Part shown: in pieces, positions 47,901 through 55,988 of the stretch
How positions within the stretch are numbered: the first letter of the stretch is position 1
Layout: every line of letters begins with the position of its first letter
Assembly (NCBI GenBank): GCA_003135555.1
Contig: PLCF01000063.1
Span: 1 to 60,209 of the forward strand
Reading direction: 5' to 3'
DNA length: 60,209 nt
DNA from: Vulcanimicrobiota bacterium
GTDB taxonomy: Bacteria; Vulcanimicrobiota; Vulcanimicrobiia; Vulcanimicrobiales; Vulcanimicrobiaceae
The notes under the pieces: generated by a model
What the model saw: the letters and a program-made list of their open reading frames with translations, nothing else
Databases searched by the model: none
What the model was told of the DNA's origin: nothing
Translations under genes and position numbers: made by a program

Positions 47901-49127
47901 ATCGAAGTGCCACGACGCGACCGTCGCGCGAAAGTCGGAGCCCCCGCGCCGCAGCGCGCGAAACGCGTCGGGGCGGATCAGCTCGCCGGTGGCGAAGCGC
48001 ACGACGATCCGTTGGCCCGGGCCCAGCCGGCCGCGCTCGACGATCGGATCGTCACCGAACTCGATGACGCCGGCCTCGGACGCGACGAGAACTTTCCCGG
48101 ACTCGGTGCGGCACCAGCGCAGCGGACGAAAACCGCTGCGGTCGAGCGCGGCGCCGACGCGGTCGCCTTCCGCGAAGACGATCGCCGCCGGGCCGTCCCA
48201 CGGCTCGACGGTCGGAATGTGCGCATCGTAGTAGGCGCGCAGGACGTCGTCGTCATCGACGGCCGGCGAGAGCATCAGATCGACCGCCTCGTCGACGCGG
48301 TACCCGGCGCCGATCATCGCATCGAGCGCGACGTCGAACTCGAGCGAGTCGCTGGCGCCGCGCGGCGACAGCACGCCGCGCGCCTGCATCCAGGCGCGGT
48401 TGCCGGTGATCGTGTCGATCTCACCATTGTGTGCGATCGTCCCGAACGGCTGGACGAGCCGCCAGCTCGGCGACGTGTTGGTGCTGAAGCGCTGATGGAA
48501 GACCGCGTAGCGAGAGGTGCACAGCGGGTCGCGCAGATCGGCGAAGTACGCGCCGAGCTCGGTCGACGAGAGCAGCCCTTTGTAGACGACCTTCGTCGTC
48601 GACGCGCTGACCAGCGTGGCCAACTCGCCCTCGTCGCGGAGCGTGCGGATCACCGCTCGCCGCACCGAACGCATGCGCTCGCGGGCGTTGCCTGGACCGA
48701 CGTCGACGAGGACCTGCTCGTAAGACGGCGCCCCCGACGCCGCCTGCTTTCCGAGCACGCTGCGATCGACCGGCGGGACGCGCCAGCGCATCGGCTTGAC
48801 GCCCTCGGAGCGGATCGCGTGCTCGATCTTGGCGCGCATCGCGGCCGCGGCGTCCTCGCCGATCGGCAGGTACACGCAGACCGCGGCCAGATGCTGCTCC
48901 GGGACCCGGACGTGCGCTTGCGCGAGCTCGCGCTGCAGCAGGGCTCGGGGCGTCTCGAGCAAGATCCCCGCGCCGTCCCCGGTGCGTCCGTCGGCCGCGC
49001 GGGCGCCGCGGTGCTCCATGGCACCGACCGCCGTCAGAGCGAGCTCGACGACCTCGTGGGAGGGACCGCGGTGCGAGAGATCGGCAAGGAAGCCGACCCC
49101 GCAGGCGTCGTGCTCGTCCTGGCGCAT
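44979..49127 (-). CDS. gltB: Glutamate synthase large subunit
   Basis: DACGVGF, FHQRFSTNT, EPWDGPA, FAQVTNPPID, AQGAKPGEGGQ, SPPPHHDIYSIEDLAQLI, GDHACEYMTKG. Confidence 0.95.
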   Translation of the reverse strand: MRQDEHDACGVGFLADLSHRGPSHEVVELALTAVGAMEHRGARAADGRTGDGAGILLETPRALLQRELAQAHVRVPEQHLAAVCVYLPIGEDAAAAMRAKIEHAIRSEGVKPMRWRVPPVDRSVLGKQAASGAPSYEQVLVDVGPGNARERMRSVRRAVIRTLRDEGELATLVSASTTKVVYKGLLSSTELGAYFADLRDPLCTSRYAVFHQRFSTNTSPSWRLVQPFGTIAHNGEIDTITGNRAWMQARGVLSPRGASDSLEFDVALDAMIGAGYRVDEAVDLMLSPAVDDDDVLRAYYDAHIPTVEPWDGPAAIVFAEGDRVGAALDRSGFRPLRWCRTESGKVLVASEAGVIEFGDDPIVERGRLGPGQRIVVRFATGELIRPDAFRALRRGGSDFRATVASWHFDPPAEAPRDVDAVTLRRDLVRFGYTADELKQVVSSLAGGIEPMWSMGDDAAPAFLERRVPVTEYLRQRFAQVTNPPIDALREGFVFDMRAFVGSGDSNGDVPAPGSIVSVDTALLDETAFDALTYDSRLVPHRIELDCAATTLRARIATICDEAERAVRRGKTYLVLDDRSATLPVPAVLAAGAVHQRLTAVGLRLQASIAACDGFARDAHGCAAVIAAGANVMTPWLAARVAVTEKASATGLLETLRAGLVKVLAKLGICTLRSYVGAQTFETLGLKAEIVSTCFPGMATHVQTLGFDELEEDLRAWEVLAAEGGEPPQRGLFRYRRDGVKRHFDPPLLKNLRKTIVARDEAAFFALSDLLEERETIALRDLVEPVAIGEPVALDEVESEDAIAARFVTAAMSLGALGPEAHEAVALGAKLAGARSNGGEGGEDPARTLNAIKQVASARFGVAPEYLATAEELEIKIAQGAKPGEGGQIPGFKVTAEIAALRGAVTGQSLVSPPPHHDIYSIEDLAQLIYDLRRANAKAKIAVKLVAQSGIGYVASGVAKARADVVHIAGHDGGTGASPLGSIKHAGLPWELGLVETHHTLVANGLRGRVALRVDGGFKTGRDVIVGSMLGADMFGFGTALLIALGCIYAHQCHQNTCPVGIATQDAVLRGKFPGTAEDAATFLRFVAKDVRRRLAALGARSLDEIRGRSDLVRPRDHRARGIDLDEVLRLPETRAPYDSARIDNAHLDDEAIAGGTQRITPADRAVGTRIAYDAVIRKGRGEHVAPATYRYAGSAGQSFGAFLAAGMTLELDGEANDGVGKGMSGGLIVVRGAGQPDEPAIGNACFYGARGGESFVRGAAGERLAVRNSGATIVVEGAGDHACEYMTKGTVAILGAAGRNLASGMTGGELFVLRAHASRLGPSPLVAHDLDAEARDRLRALLESHAAATGSSRARAYLDAGGDLDAFVRLAVAVPRAATLVT

Positions 49128-49218
49128 CTGATCCTTGAGGATACCGCAATGCGGCGTCGTCGGGGTCCAACGATGGGTAAGCCGGGGCGGCCGTTCGTTC
49201 GACAAACGGCGAACCGGA

Positions 49219-49587
49219 TCAGCGCCGCTTAGGCCTCGTGCTGTGTGCGACGATCACCGTGCGGCGCACCGCGGAGCGAAGTTGCCGGTCGATGGCGGGC
49301 TGCGCGGAAAGCTCTTTCTTGACGGCGCGCTTCCAGTGCAAGCTGCGCGCGTCGAGGCGCACGTCGCGCCCCTCGGCCCGCGCCGCGGCGACGATGCCGG
49401 CGAGCGCATTCATCTGCGACTCGCCCAGGACTTGGATGTCGCGCACGTCGAGCACGATCGTGCCGCCCTGCGTTCCAACCAGCCCGCGTTCGAGCGCGCC
49501 GAACGCCGCGACGAGATCGGCGTCGAGAACGCCGATCAAACGAACGACCACAGGTGTTGGAATGGGCTGTATCTCCGGTGCGTACAC
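49219..49587 (-). CDS. STAS-like small protein
   Basis: VVRLIGVLDA...IVLDVRDIQVL pattern; AAGGAG RBS before the GTG at 49587. Confidence 0.6.
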   Translation of the reverse strand: MYAPEIQPIPTPVVVRLIGVLDADLVAAFGALERGLVGTQGGTIVLDVRDIQVLGESQMNALAGIVAAARAEGRDVRLDARSLHWKRAVKKELSAQPAIDRQLRSAVRRTVIVAHSTRPKRR

Positions 49588-49617
49588 GGTCACTCCTTAG
49601 TGGCTGTACACCGAAGG

Positions 49618-49643
49618 TACGCTCGGCAGCTGGCAAAGGTTCA
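49618..49643 (-). promoter_or_regulatory. Candidate ECF-sigma promoter
   Basis: TGAACC-N16-CGTA upstream of the STAS-like gene. Confidence 0.45.
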
Positions 49644-49716
49644 ATAATCAGGTGAGAGGCCGCTGAGAAACAAACCTCCGCGCTCGCGGCGAGGCTGCGG
49701 GAGCGATGTCCAGGTT

Positions 49717-50880
49717 TTAGCTCGCTGTGCCCACGAGCCCGAGCGCGACCATCATGCGATAGCCGACGCCGAGCGCGCGTTCGTCGATGTCGAAACGCGC
49801 GTTGTGGTGCGGGACCGCGGAGCTGGGACCGCCCCGCGCGCCGACGATGAAGTATGCGCCGGGCCGCAGGTCCTGCATGAACGACATGTCCTCGGCCCAC
49901 ATGACGATGTCGTGCTCCACCAGGTTCTGCGCGCCGAGCTCGCGCCGCGCGACCGCGCGCACGACGTCGTTGATCTCGCGGTTGTTGACGGTCGGCGGAT
50001 ACGACCAGTGGTACGCGAAGTCGTACTCGAAGCGCATCGCTGCGGCGAGCCCCGCCAGGATGCGCTCCATCCGCTCGGGTATCGAGCGCCGCACCTCGGC
50101 GTCGAACGCGCGCACGGTGCCGCGCATCGTCGCCGCATCGGGGATCACGTTGAAGGTCGTGCCGCTGGTGAACTGCCCGACGGTGACGACGGCCGGGTCC
50201 TTCGGCGCGACCTCACGCGAGACGATCGTCTGCAACAGCGTGATGACGTACGCGCCCGCCGCGATCGGGTCGACCGCGAGCTGCGGCATCGCGCCGTGGC
50301 CGCCTTGGCCGCGTATCGTGAGATCGAACTCGTCGGCGGAGGCAAAAAACGCGCCGTCGCGCACGCCGACCTTCCCCACGTCGAGCCCGCTGTAGAGGTG
50401 CAGCGCGAACGTGCGGTCGACGTGCGGGTTCTCGAGCGCGCCGTCGTCGATCATCTTCTTGTTCCCGGCATGGCCCTCTTCGCCGGGCTGAAAGCAGAAG
50501 ACGAGCGTCCCCGGGATCTCGGCCCGTCGCCCGGCCAGCGTTCGCGCCGCCGCAAGCAAGATCGAGACGTGGCCGTCGTGCCCGCAGGCATGCATCGCGC
50601 CGGCGCGCGTCGAGCGGTAGGGGACGTCGTTGAGCTCGGTCATCGGCAACGCGTCCATGTCGGCGCGCAGCAACGTGACCGGGCCCGGCCGGCCGCCAAC
50701 CAGGGTCCCGAGCACTCCGGTGACGCCGACCCCCGTCCGAACCTCGTCGAGATCGAGGCCGCGGAGCGTCTCGGCGACGTAGGCGGCGGTTTCGTGCTCC
50801 ACCATGGAGAGTTCGGGCTGCGCGTGCAGCCGCCGCCGAGTCGCGACGAGATCGTCGTGCGGAATCGCGAGGGCGAGCAT
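49717..50880 (-). CDS. M20 family amidohydrolase
   Basis: LHAQPELS, LRADMDALP, MHACGHDGH, FQPGEEG, GGHGAMP, AEDMS, HHNARF. Confidence 0.92.
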   Translation of the reverse strand: MLALAIPHDDLVATRRRLHAQPELSMVEHETAAYVAETLRGLDLDEVRTGVGVTGVLGTLVGGRPGPVTLLRADMDALPMTELNDVPYRSTRAGAMHACGHDGHVSILLAAARTLAGRRAEIPGTLVFCFQPGEEGHAGNKKMIDDGALENPHVDRTFALHLYSGLDVGKVGVRDGAFFASADEFDLTIRGQGGHGAMPQLAVDPIAAGAYVITLLQTIVSREVAPKDPAVVTVGQFTSGTTFNVIPDAATMRGTVRAFDAEVRRSIPERMERILAGLAAAMRFEYDFAYHWSYPPTVNNREINDVVRAVARRELGAQNLVEHDIVMWAEDMSFMQDLRPGAYFIVGARGGPSSAVPHHNARFDIDERALGVGYRMMVALGLVGTAS

Positions 50881-50921
50881 CGCCGGCAGGGGTTCGGCGC
50901 GGCGGTGCCGTCCCATTCAGG

Positions 50922-52583
50922 ATGGCGCTTCCGTCCTACGCTCACGGGGCGAGCCCCGCCCCGCTCCTCGGGGAGACGATCGGCGACAACCTCGATCGGA
51001 TCGCGGGGCGTTTCCCCGACAACGACGCCGTCGTCTCGGTGCACCAGAACCGGCGCTTGACCTACGCGCGCTTCGTCGCCGAGACCGACCGGCTCGCCAA
51101 GGCGTTCGTCGCCGCCGGCGTCGAGCACGGCGAACGGGTCGGGATCTGGTCGCCCAACTCGCTCGAATGGGTGCTCGTCCAGTACGCCACGGCGAAGATC
51201 GGCGCGATCCTGGTCAACGTGAACCCGGCCTACCGGCTCTCCGAGTTGGAGTACGCGTTGCGCCAGAGCGGCGTGAGCACGCTCGTCGTGCTGGACCGTT
51301 ACAAGACCAGCGAGTATCTCGCCATGGTCCGCGAGGTGCGCGCGTCGTTGCCCGCGCTGCGCGAGGTCGTGATCGTCGGCGGTACCGAGCCCGGCGACGG
51401 CGAGACTGCCTGGGACGACTACGTCGCGTGTGCCGGTGAGTGTGACGAGGCGACCCTCGCGCAACGGCGGGCCCGCTGTCAGTTCGACGACGCGATCAAC
51501 ATTCAGTACACCTCGGGGACGACCGGCTTCCCCAAAGGCGCGACGCTCTCGCATCACAACATCCTCAACAACGGCTTCTTCATCGGCGAGGGCTGCCGCT
51601 ACACGGCGGCGGATCGCGTCTGCATCCCGGTCCCGTTCTATCACTGCTTCGGGATGGTGCTGGGCAACCTGGCCTGCACCACGCACGGTGCCGCGATCGT
51701 GATTCCGAACTGGACCTTCGACCCCGAGCTGACGCTCCAAGCCGTCGTGGCCGAGAGGTGCACGTCGCTCTACGGCGTCCCCACGATGTTCATCGCCGAG
51801 CTGGCCCTGCCGCGTTTCGCGGACTTCGATCTCTCGACGCTGCGTACCGGGATCATGGCCGGCTCACCGTGTCCGGTCGAAGTGATGAAGCGCGTGCAGA
51901 GCGAGATGCACATGCCCGAGGTCACGATCTGTTACGGCATGACCGAGACGTCGCCGGTCTCGACCCAGACGATGACCGACGATCCGCTCGCCAAGCGCAC
52001 CGGGACGGTCGGCCGCGTGCACTCGCACATCGAGGTCAAGATCGTCGACGCCGAAGGGGTCATCGTCGGCCGCGGGACGCCCGGCGAGCTGTGCACCCGC
52101 GGCTACAGCGTGATGCTCGGCTATTGGGAGAACCCCGATGCGACGGCCGGCGCGATCGATGCGGCGCGCTACATGCACACCGGCGACATCGCCTCGATGG
52201 ACGAGGACGGGTACGTGAACATCAGCGGGCGGATCAAGGACATGGTGATCCGCGGCGGCGAGAACGTCTACCCGCGCGAGATCGAGGAGTTCCTCTACAC
52301 GCACCCGGCGGTCAAGGACGTGCAGGTGATCGGGGTTCCCGACGAGCGCTTCGGCGAGGAGCTTTGCGCCTGGGTGATCCTCAACGACGGCGCGACGGCG
52401 AGCGCCGGCGACATCAAGGAATACTGCAGCGGGCAGATCGCGCGCTACAAGATTCCGCGCTACGTGATGTTCGTCGAGGGCTGGCCGATGACGGTGAGCG
52501 GCAAGGTCCAAAAATACAAGATGCGCGAGGAATCGATCGAAAAGCTGGGCCTGGAGAGCGCCGCGAAAATCGTCACCGCATGA
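50922..52583 (+). CDS. AMP-binding acyl-CoA synthetase
   Basis: QYTSGTTGFPKG, YGMTETSP, HTGD, GRIKDMVIRGGEN, PMTVSGKVQK. Confidence 0.93.
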   Translation: MALPSYAHGASPAPLLGETIGDNLDRIAGRFPDNDAVVSVHQNRRLTYARFVAETDRLAKAFVAAGVEHGERVGIWSPNSLEWVLVQYATAKIGAILVNVNPAYRLSELEYALRQSGVSTLVVLDRYKTSEYLAMVREVRASLPALREVVIVGGTEPGDGETAWDDYVACAGECDEATLAQRRARCQFDDAINIQYTSGTTGFPKGATLSHHNILNNGFFIGEGCRYTAADRVCIPVPFYHCFGMVLGNLACTTHGAAIVIPNWTFDPELTLQAVVAERCTSLYGVPTMFIAELALPRFADFDLSTLRTGIMAGSPCPVEVMKRVQSEMHMPEVTICYGMTETSPVSTQTMTDDPLAKRTGTVGRVHSHIEVKIVDAEGVIVGRGTPGELCTRGYSVMLGYWENPDATAGAIDAARYMHTGDIASMDEDGYVNISGRIKDMVIRGGENVYPREIEEFLYTHPAVKDVQVIGVPDERFGEELCAWVILNDGATASAGDIKEYCSGQIARYKIPRYVMFVEGWPMTVSGKVQKYKMREESIEKLGLESAAKIVTA

Positions 52584-53188
52584 CGGGCCTGGTTACGGAG
52601 GCGCCGTTCGAAGATTTCCTCGCTGCGGCGCCGCTGATCGAGGTCGATGCTCCGGAGATCGCGGCCTTCGTGGACACGCGGCTGCGCGGGCTCTACGAGG
52701 TGGACGCGGCGCGCGAAGTCTTCCGCTTCGTGCGCGACGACGTTGCGCACTCCTGGGACGTCCAGGGACATCGCGTCACGCGCTCGGCGGTCGACGTGCT
52801 GGCATACCGGGAGGGGATTTGCTACGCCAAGAGCCACCTCGTCGCCGCCTTGTTGCGCCGCGCCGGGATTCCCAGCGGGATCTGCTACCAGCGGCTGACG
52901 CTGTTCGACGATGCGTCGGGCGGCCACGCCGTGCACGCGCTCAACACCGTCTACTTGGGCTCGCTGGACCGCTGGATCCGGATCGACGCGCGCGGCAACA
53001 AACCCGGCGTCGATGCCCAATTCGCGGTCGACGAAGAGCGGCTCGCGTTCGCCATCCGGCCCGAGCAAGGCGAGATCGACTACCGGCGCAATCACGCCGC
53101 GCCGCACCCGGAGATCATCCGCACGCTCGAGGCGAACGATGACGTGCTGGTGATGTACCGCGAGCGCCTCCCGGCCGCGCTCGCGTAG
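52580..53188 (+). CDS. Transglutaminase-like domain protein
   Basis: FVRDDVAHSWD, GICYAKSHL, HALN, WIRIDARGNK (Cys-His-Asp triad). Confidence 0.88.
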   Translation: MTGLVTEAPFEDFLAAAPLIEVDAPEIAAFVDTRLRGLYEVDAAREVFRFVRDDVAHSWDVQGHRVTRSAVDVLAYREGICYAKSHLVAALLRRAGIPSGICYQRLTLFDDASGGHAVHALNTVYLGSLDRWIRIDARGNKPGVDAQFAVDEERLAFAIRPEQGEIDYRRNHAAPHPEIIRTLEANDDVLVMYRERLPAALA

Positions 53189-53224
53189 CACCGGCGTTTC
53201 GATTCGCCCGGCGGGTTGTGTCGC

Positions 53225-53608
53225 TTAGGCGCTCTTCTTGCTCGCGCGTCGGCGCGCCGTCTTTTTCTTGACCGCTCCGGCCCCTTTGCGGGCCGCGCCG
53301 GCAGCCTTGTCGGTGATCGTATCGACCACGTCCGCTCCGGCACCGATGAGCTTGCCGGCCTGCTCCAACACCGTCCCGACCTTGCGTGCGGTGCGCGTCG
53401 CTTTCTTCGCCGTCTTGGCTGCCTTCTTCGCGACGCCGGTCGCTTTTTTCGCGGCTCCGGCAACCGCCTTACCGGTTTTGCGCGCGGCCTTGCGGGTAGC
53501 CCCGACGGCCTTCTTCGCGCCGCCGGCGGCTTTGGCTACCGCGCTCTTCTTGCGCGCCGGACTCTTCTTCTTGGCGGCCTTCTTGCGGCCACGTTTCGCT
53601 GCTGCCAT
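53225..53608 (-). CDS. Basic Lys/Ala-rich histone-like protein
   Basis: 127 aa, KKAA/RK repeats, GGAGG RBS. Confidence 0.8.
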   Translation of the reverse strand: MAAAKRGRKKAAKKKSPARKKSAVAKAAGGAKKAVGATRKAARKTGKAVAGAAKKATGVAKKAAKTAKKATRTARKVGTVLEQAGKLIGAGADVVDTITDKAAGAARKGAGAVKKKTARRRASKKSA

Positions 53609-53656
53609 GGTGTCGCGTTCCCTCCAGTTGGAGCGATGGAATCGTTGCTACCACAC

Positions 53657-53682
53657 GTTCCCGCCACTCGACACCGGCAAAC
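53657..53682 (-). promoter_or_regulatory. Candidate SigB/SigF-type promoter
   Basis: GTTT-N16-GGGAAC upstream of the histone-like gene. Confidence 0.4.
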
Positions 53683-53725
53683 GGAACGAATAGAGCCCGC
53701 CGTGGTCTCGCGGCGCCTCGGTGCA

Positions 53726-55372
53726 TCAGTACACCAGCTTTCCGATCTTACCGGCGGACGCTTCACAGAACCACAGCGAGCCGTCCGGCGCCGAAAAAAT
53801 GCCCATAAGGCTGGAAGTACTTGGGGTCGGGAACTCGGTGACCGTTCCGGTCGTCGTGATGCGTCCGATCCGGCCTTGGAGCTCCGTGAACCACAGCGCA
53901 CCATCCTGGCCCACCGTGATCCCCACCGGCCCGCTGTTGGTCGGAAACTCGTTGATGACCGAGAACGAGGCCGGCGAGAGCTGCCCGATCTTACTCGTTC
54001 CGGTCTCCGCGAACCAGAGGTTTCCGTCGGGGCCCCGAACGATCTGGCCCGGGTTGCTTCCCGGCGCGAGCGAGATCTCGCTGATCGGTGCACCCAAATT
54101 GCTGAGGCGACCGATCTTGTCGTTTAACGCGGTGTAGTAGATCTTGTTGTCGGGTGCGGTCGTGATCCCGTTCGGAGACTCGTTGGCGGTGGGAGTCGAC
54201 GTCTCGGTGACGACGCCGGTGGCCATGTTCACGGAGCCGATGTTGCAGGTGGTACCGGGACAGTTGGCCGCGGTAAACCAGACGGTGCCATCGCCGCGGT
54301 CGACCAGAAACACGGGTACGTCCGCAGTGTGCGTCGTGGGGAACTCCTGGAACACCCCGCTGGTCGTGACCGCCGCGATATAGCTAGACGGCCCAGCATT
54401 GGACTCCGTGAACCACAGTCGCCCGTCGCTTGCCGCGATGATCCCCGACATGGTCGCCATGAACGTCGGGACGGGGAACTCGGTAACCACGCCGGCCGGC
54501 GTGATTCGCGCGACGCGGTGGGGGAACTCCGTGAACCACATGTTGCCGTCCGCGCCGGCCGTGATCCATTGCGGCGTATGTGTCGGCGTGAGGATCGTGA
54601 ACTCGTAGATCGTGGGCTTCGGGGCGAACGTCGCCGACGCGCTCGGAATTCCGGTCCCCGTCGCCACGACGGTCGCGCTGGTCAGCGTGCCGCCGTTGTA
54701 TGCGAGCGTCGCGGTCGTCGATGCGTTCGGGATGGTGTTGGCCGAGAGCGCGAGCGTCCCGCTCTCCGACGGCGACGGGATGATGATCGCCAGGTGAATC
54801 GGCTGGCTGTAGTCACCGGGGCCGGTCATCGTGTCGCCGTCGGCATCGAGCGCCGCTACGTTCACCGGCACCGTCGCCGGCACACCGGCGTTCGGCGTCG
54901 GGTTGGCGACCGTGACCACCACCGACGCGACGACGCCGCCCAGCGTCGCGGAGACCGTGTTCGCCACGCCCAGCGCGATCTGCTTCGTCACCGACGCGCG
55001 GCTCAGGACGTTGCCGAGACCGTTCTGCTCGTCGAAGGTGGCGAACGCGAAGGTGTCGGTGCCGACCGGCGCGTCGATCGTCAGCGTGCTAGCCGGAAAG
55101 TTGAGGAACTGCGGCGCTCCGCCGTTCACCGCGACCGAGACGCTGCGGGCGGTCGCCGGGACGAAGCGCGGGCTGCGCTGTGCGGCTTGCGGGGCCGAAC
55201 TCCACTTCATCGTGAAGGTCACGCTCACCGTGCCTGACTTGGGAGCCGTCTGAGCGACCACGGGGGGTGCGCTGCTGCTTCCGCCGCCGGAACATCCCGC
55301 GGCCAGCACGAGCATCAGCGGGACGCTGAACAAACGTCTTGCCGAAGGCAATGCTCGCTGACCCACCCTCAT
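53726..55372 (-). CDS. Lipoprotein with Ig-like region and Vgb-like beta-propeller (paralog 1)
   Basis: Lipobox LAAGC; repeats ITAGADGNMWFTE / GPDGNLWFAE / GQDGALWFTE. Confidence 0.88.
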   Translation of the reverse strand: MRVGQRALPSARRLFSVPLMLVLAAGCSGGGSSSAPPVVAQTAPKSGTVSVTFTMKWSSAPQAAQRSPRFVPATARSVSVAVNGGAPQFLNFPASTLTIDAPVGTDTFAFATFDEQNGLGNVLSRASVTKQIALGVANTVSATLGGVVASVVVTVANPTPNAGVPATVPVNVAALDADGDTMTGPGDYSQPIHLAIIIPSPSESGTLALSANTIPNASTTATLAYNGGTLTSATVVATGTGIPSASATFAPKPTIYEFTILTPTHTPQWITAGADGNMWFTEFPHRVARITPAGVVTEFPVPTFMATMSGIIAASDGRLWFTESNAGPSSYIAAVTTSGVFQEFPTTHTADVPVFLVDRGDGTVWFTAANCPGTTCNIGSVNMATGVVTETSTPTANESPNGITTAPDNKIYYTALNDKIGRLSNLGAPISEISLAPGSNPGQIVRGPDGNLWFAETGTSKIGQLSPASFSVINEFPTNSGPVGITVGQDGALWFTELQGRIGRITTTGTVTEFPTPSTSSLMGIFSAPDGSLWFCEASAGKIGKLVY

Positions 55373-55459
55373 GGCAAGTCGCCTTCCCCGACGTTGCGCG
55401 ACAGCCCCGCCGCGGCCGGAGCCGTGGCGGGGCGTCGGGTCTCGATCGGCGTGGTTGCG

Positions 55460-55960
55460 TTACTGACGTTGCTTCGAGCTGATGGTACCCGTCGTCGTCG
55501 TGACGGTGACGTTCACGCCGACCGACCCGCCGTGGTTGTCGCTCACGACGATCGTGCAGGTGCCCGCGGCTACCGCCGTGACGGTGAACGTTCCGCTGGG
55601 ACCGGTGTTCGACGCCGGCGCGAACGTCGCGATCCCGGTGCACGACGGGCTGCCGTTGGCCGCGTTGAACGGGCCGGTGTAGGTGTTTTCGGTGACCGTG
55701 AACTGGGCCGACGAGCCGGCCGTCGTCAACGACAGCGAGACGGCGCTCCCGCCGATCGCCGCCGGAACCGGGGTCGGGGTCGGCGTCGGCGTCGCCGTCG
55801 GCACCGGTGTCGGCGTTGCGGTCGGGCCGGGAGTCGGGGTCGGCGTCGCCGTGACGACACCGGTGCTGAAGGTCGGCGGGGCCGAACTGCCGCCGTTGCA
55901 GCCCGCAATGGCCGCGGCCGTTGCGACCGCAAACGCGGCGAGCGCGGCGCGCAAGCTCAT
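55460..55960 (-). CDS. Small lipoprotein with PT linker and Ig-like domain (copy 1)
   Basis: Lipobox IAGC; TPTP linker; two-Cys beta-rich domain. Confidence 0.8.
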   Translation of the reverse strand: MSLRAALAAFAVATAAAIAGCNGGSSAPPTFSTGVVTATPTPTPGPTATPTPVPTATPTPTPTPVPAAIGGSAVSLSLTTAGSSAQFTVTENTYTGPFNAANGSPSCTGIATFAPASNTGPSGTFTVTAVAAGTCTIVVSDNHGGSVGVNVTVTTTTGTISSKQRQ

Positions 55961-55988
55961 CTTCGAGGTGCCTCTCTGCTCGCGCATC

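Noticed and set aside
49128..49218. Glutamine (glnA) riboswitch upstream of gltB
   Set aside because: ATCGTTGG is present on the minus strand, but the downstream GGAAGTA/GAAG-AACG elements are missing.
47271..49232. 653-aa plus-strand ORF
   Set aside because: Antisense to gltB.
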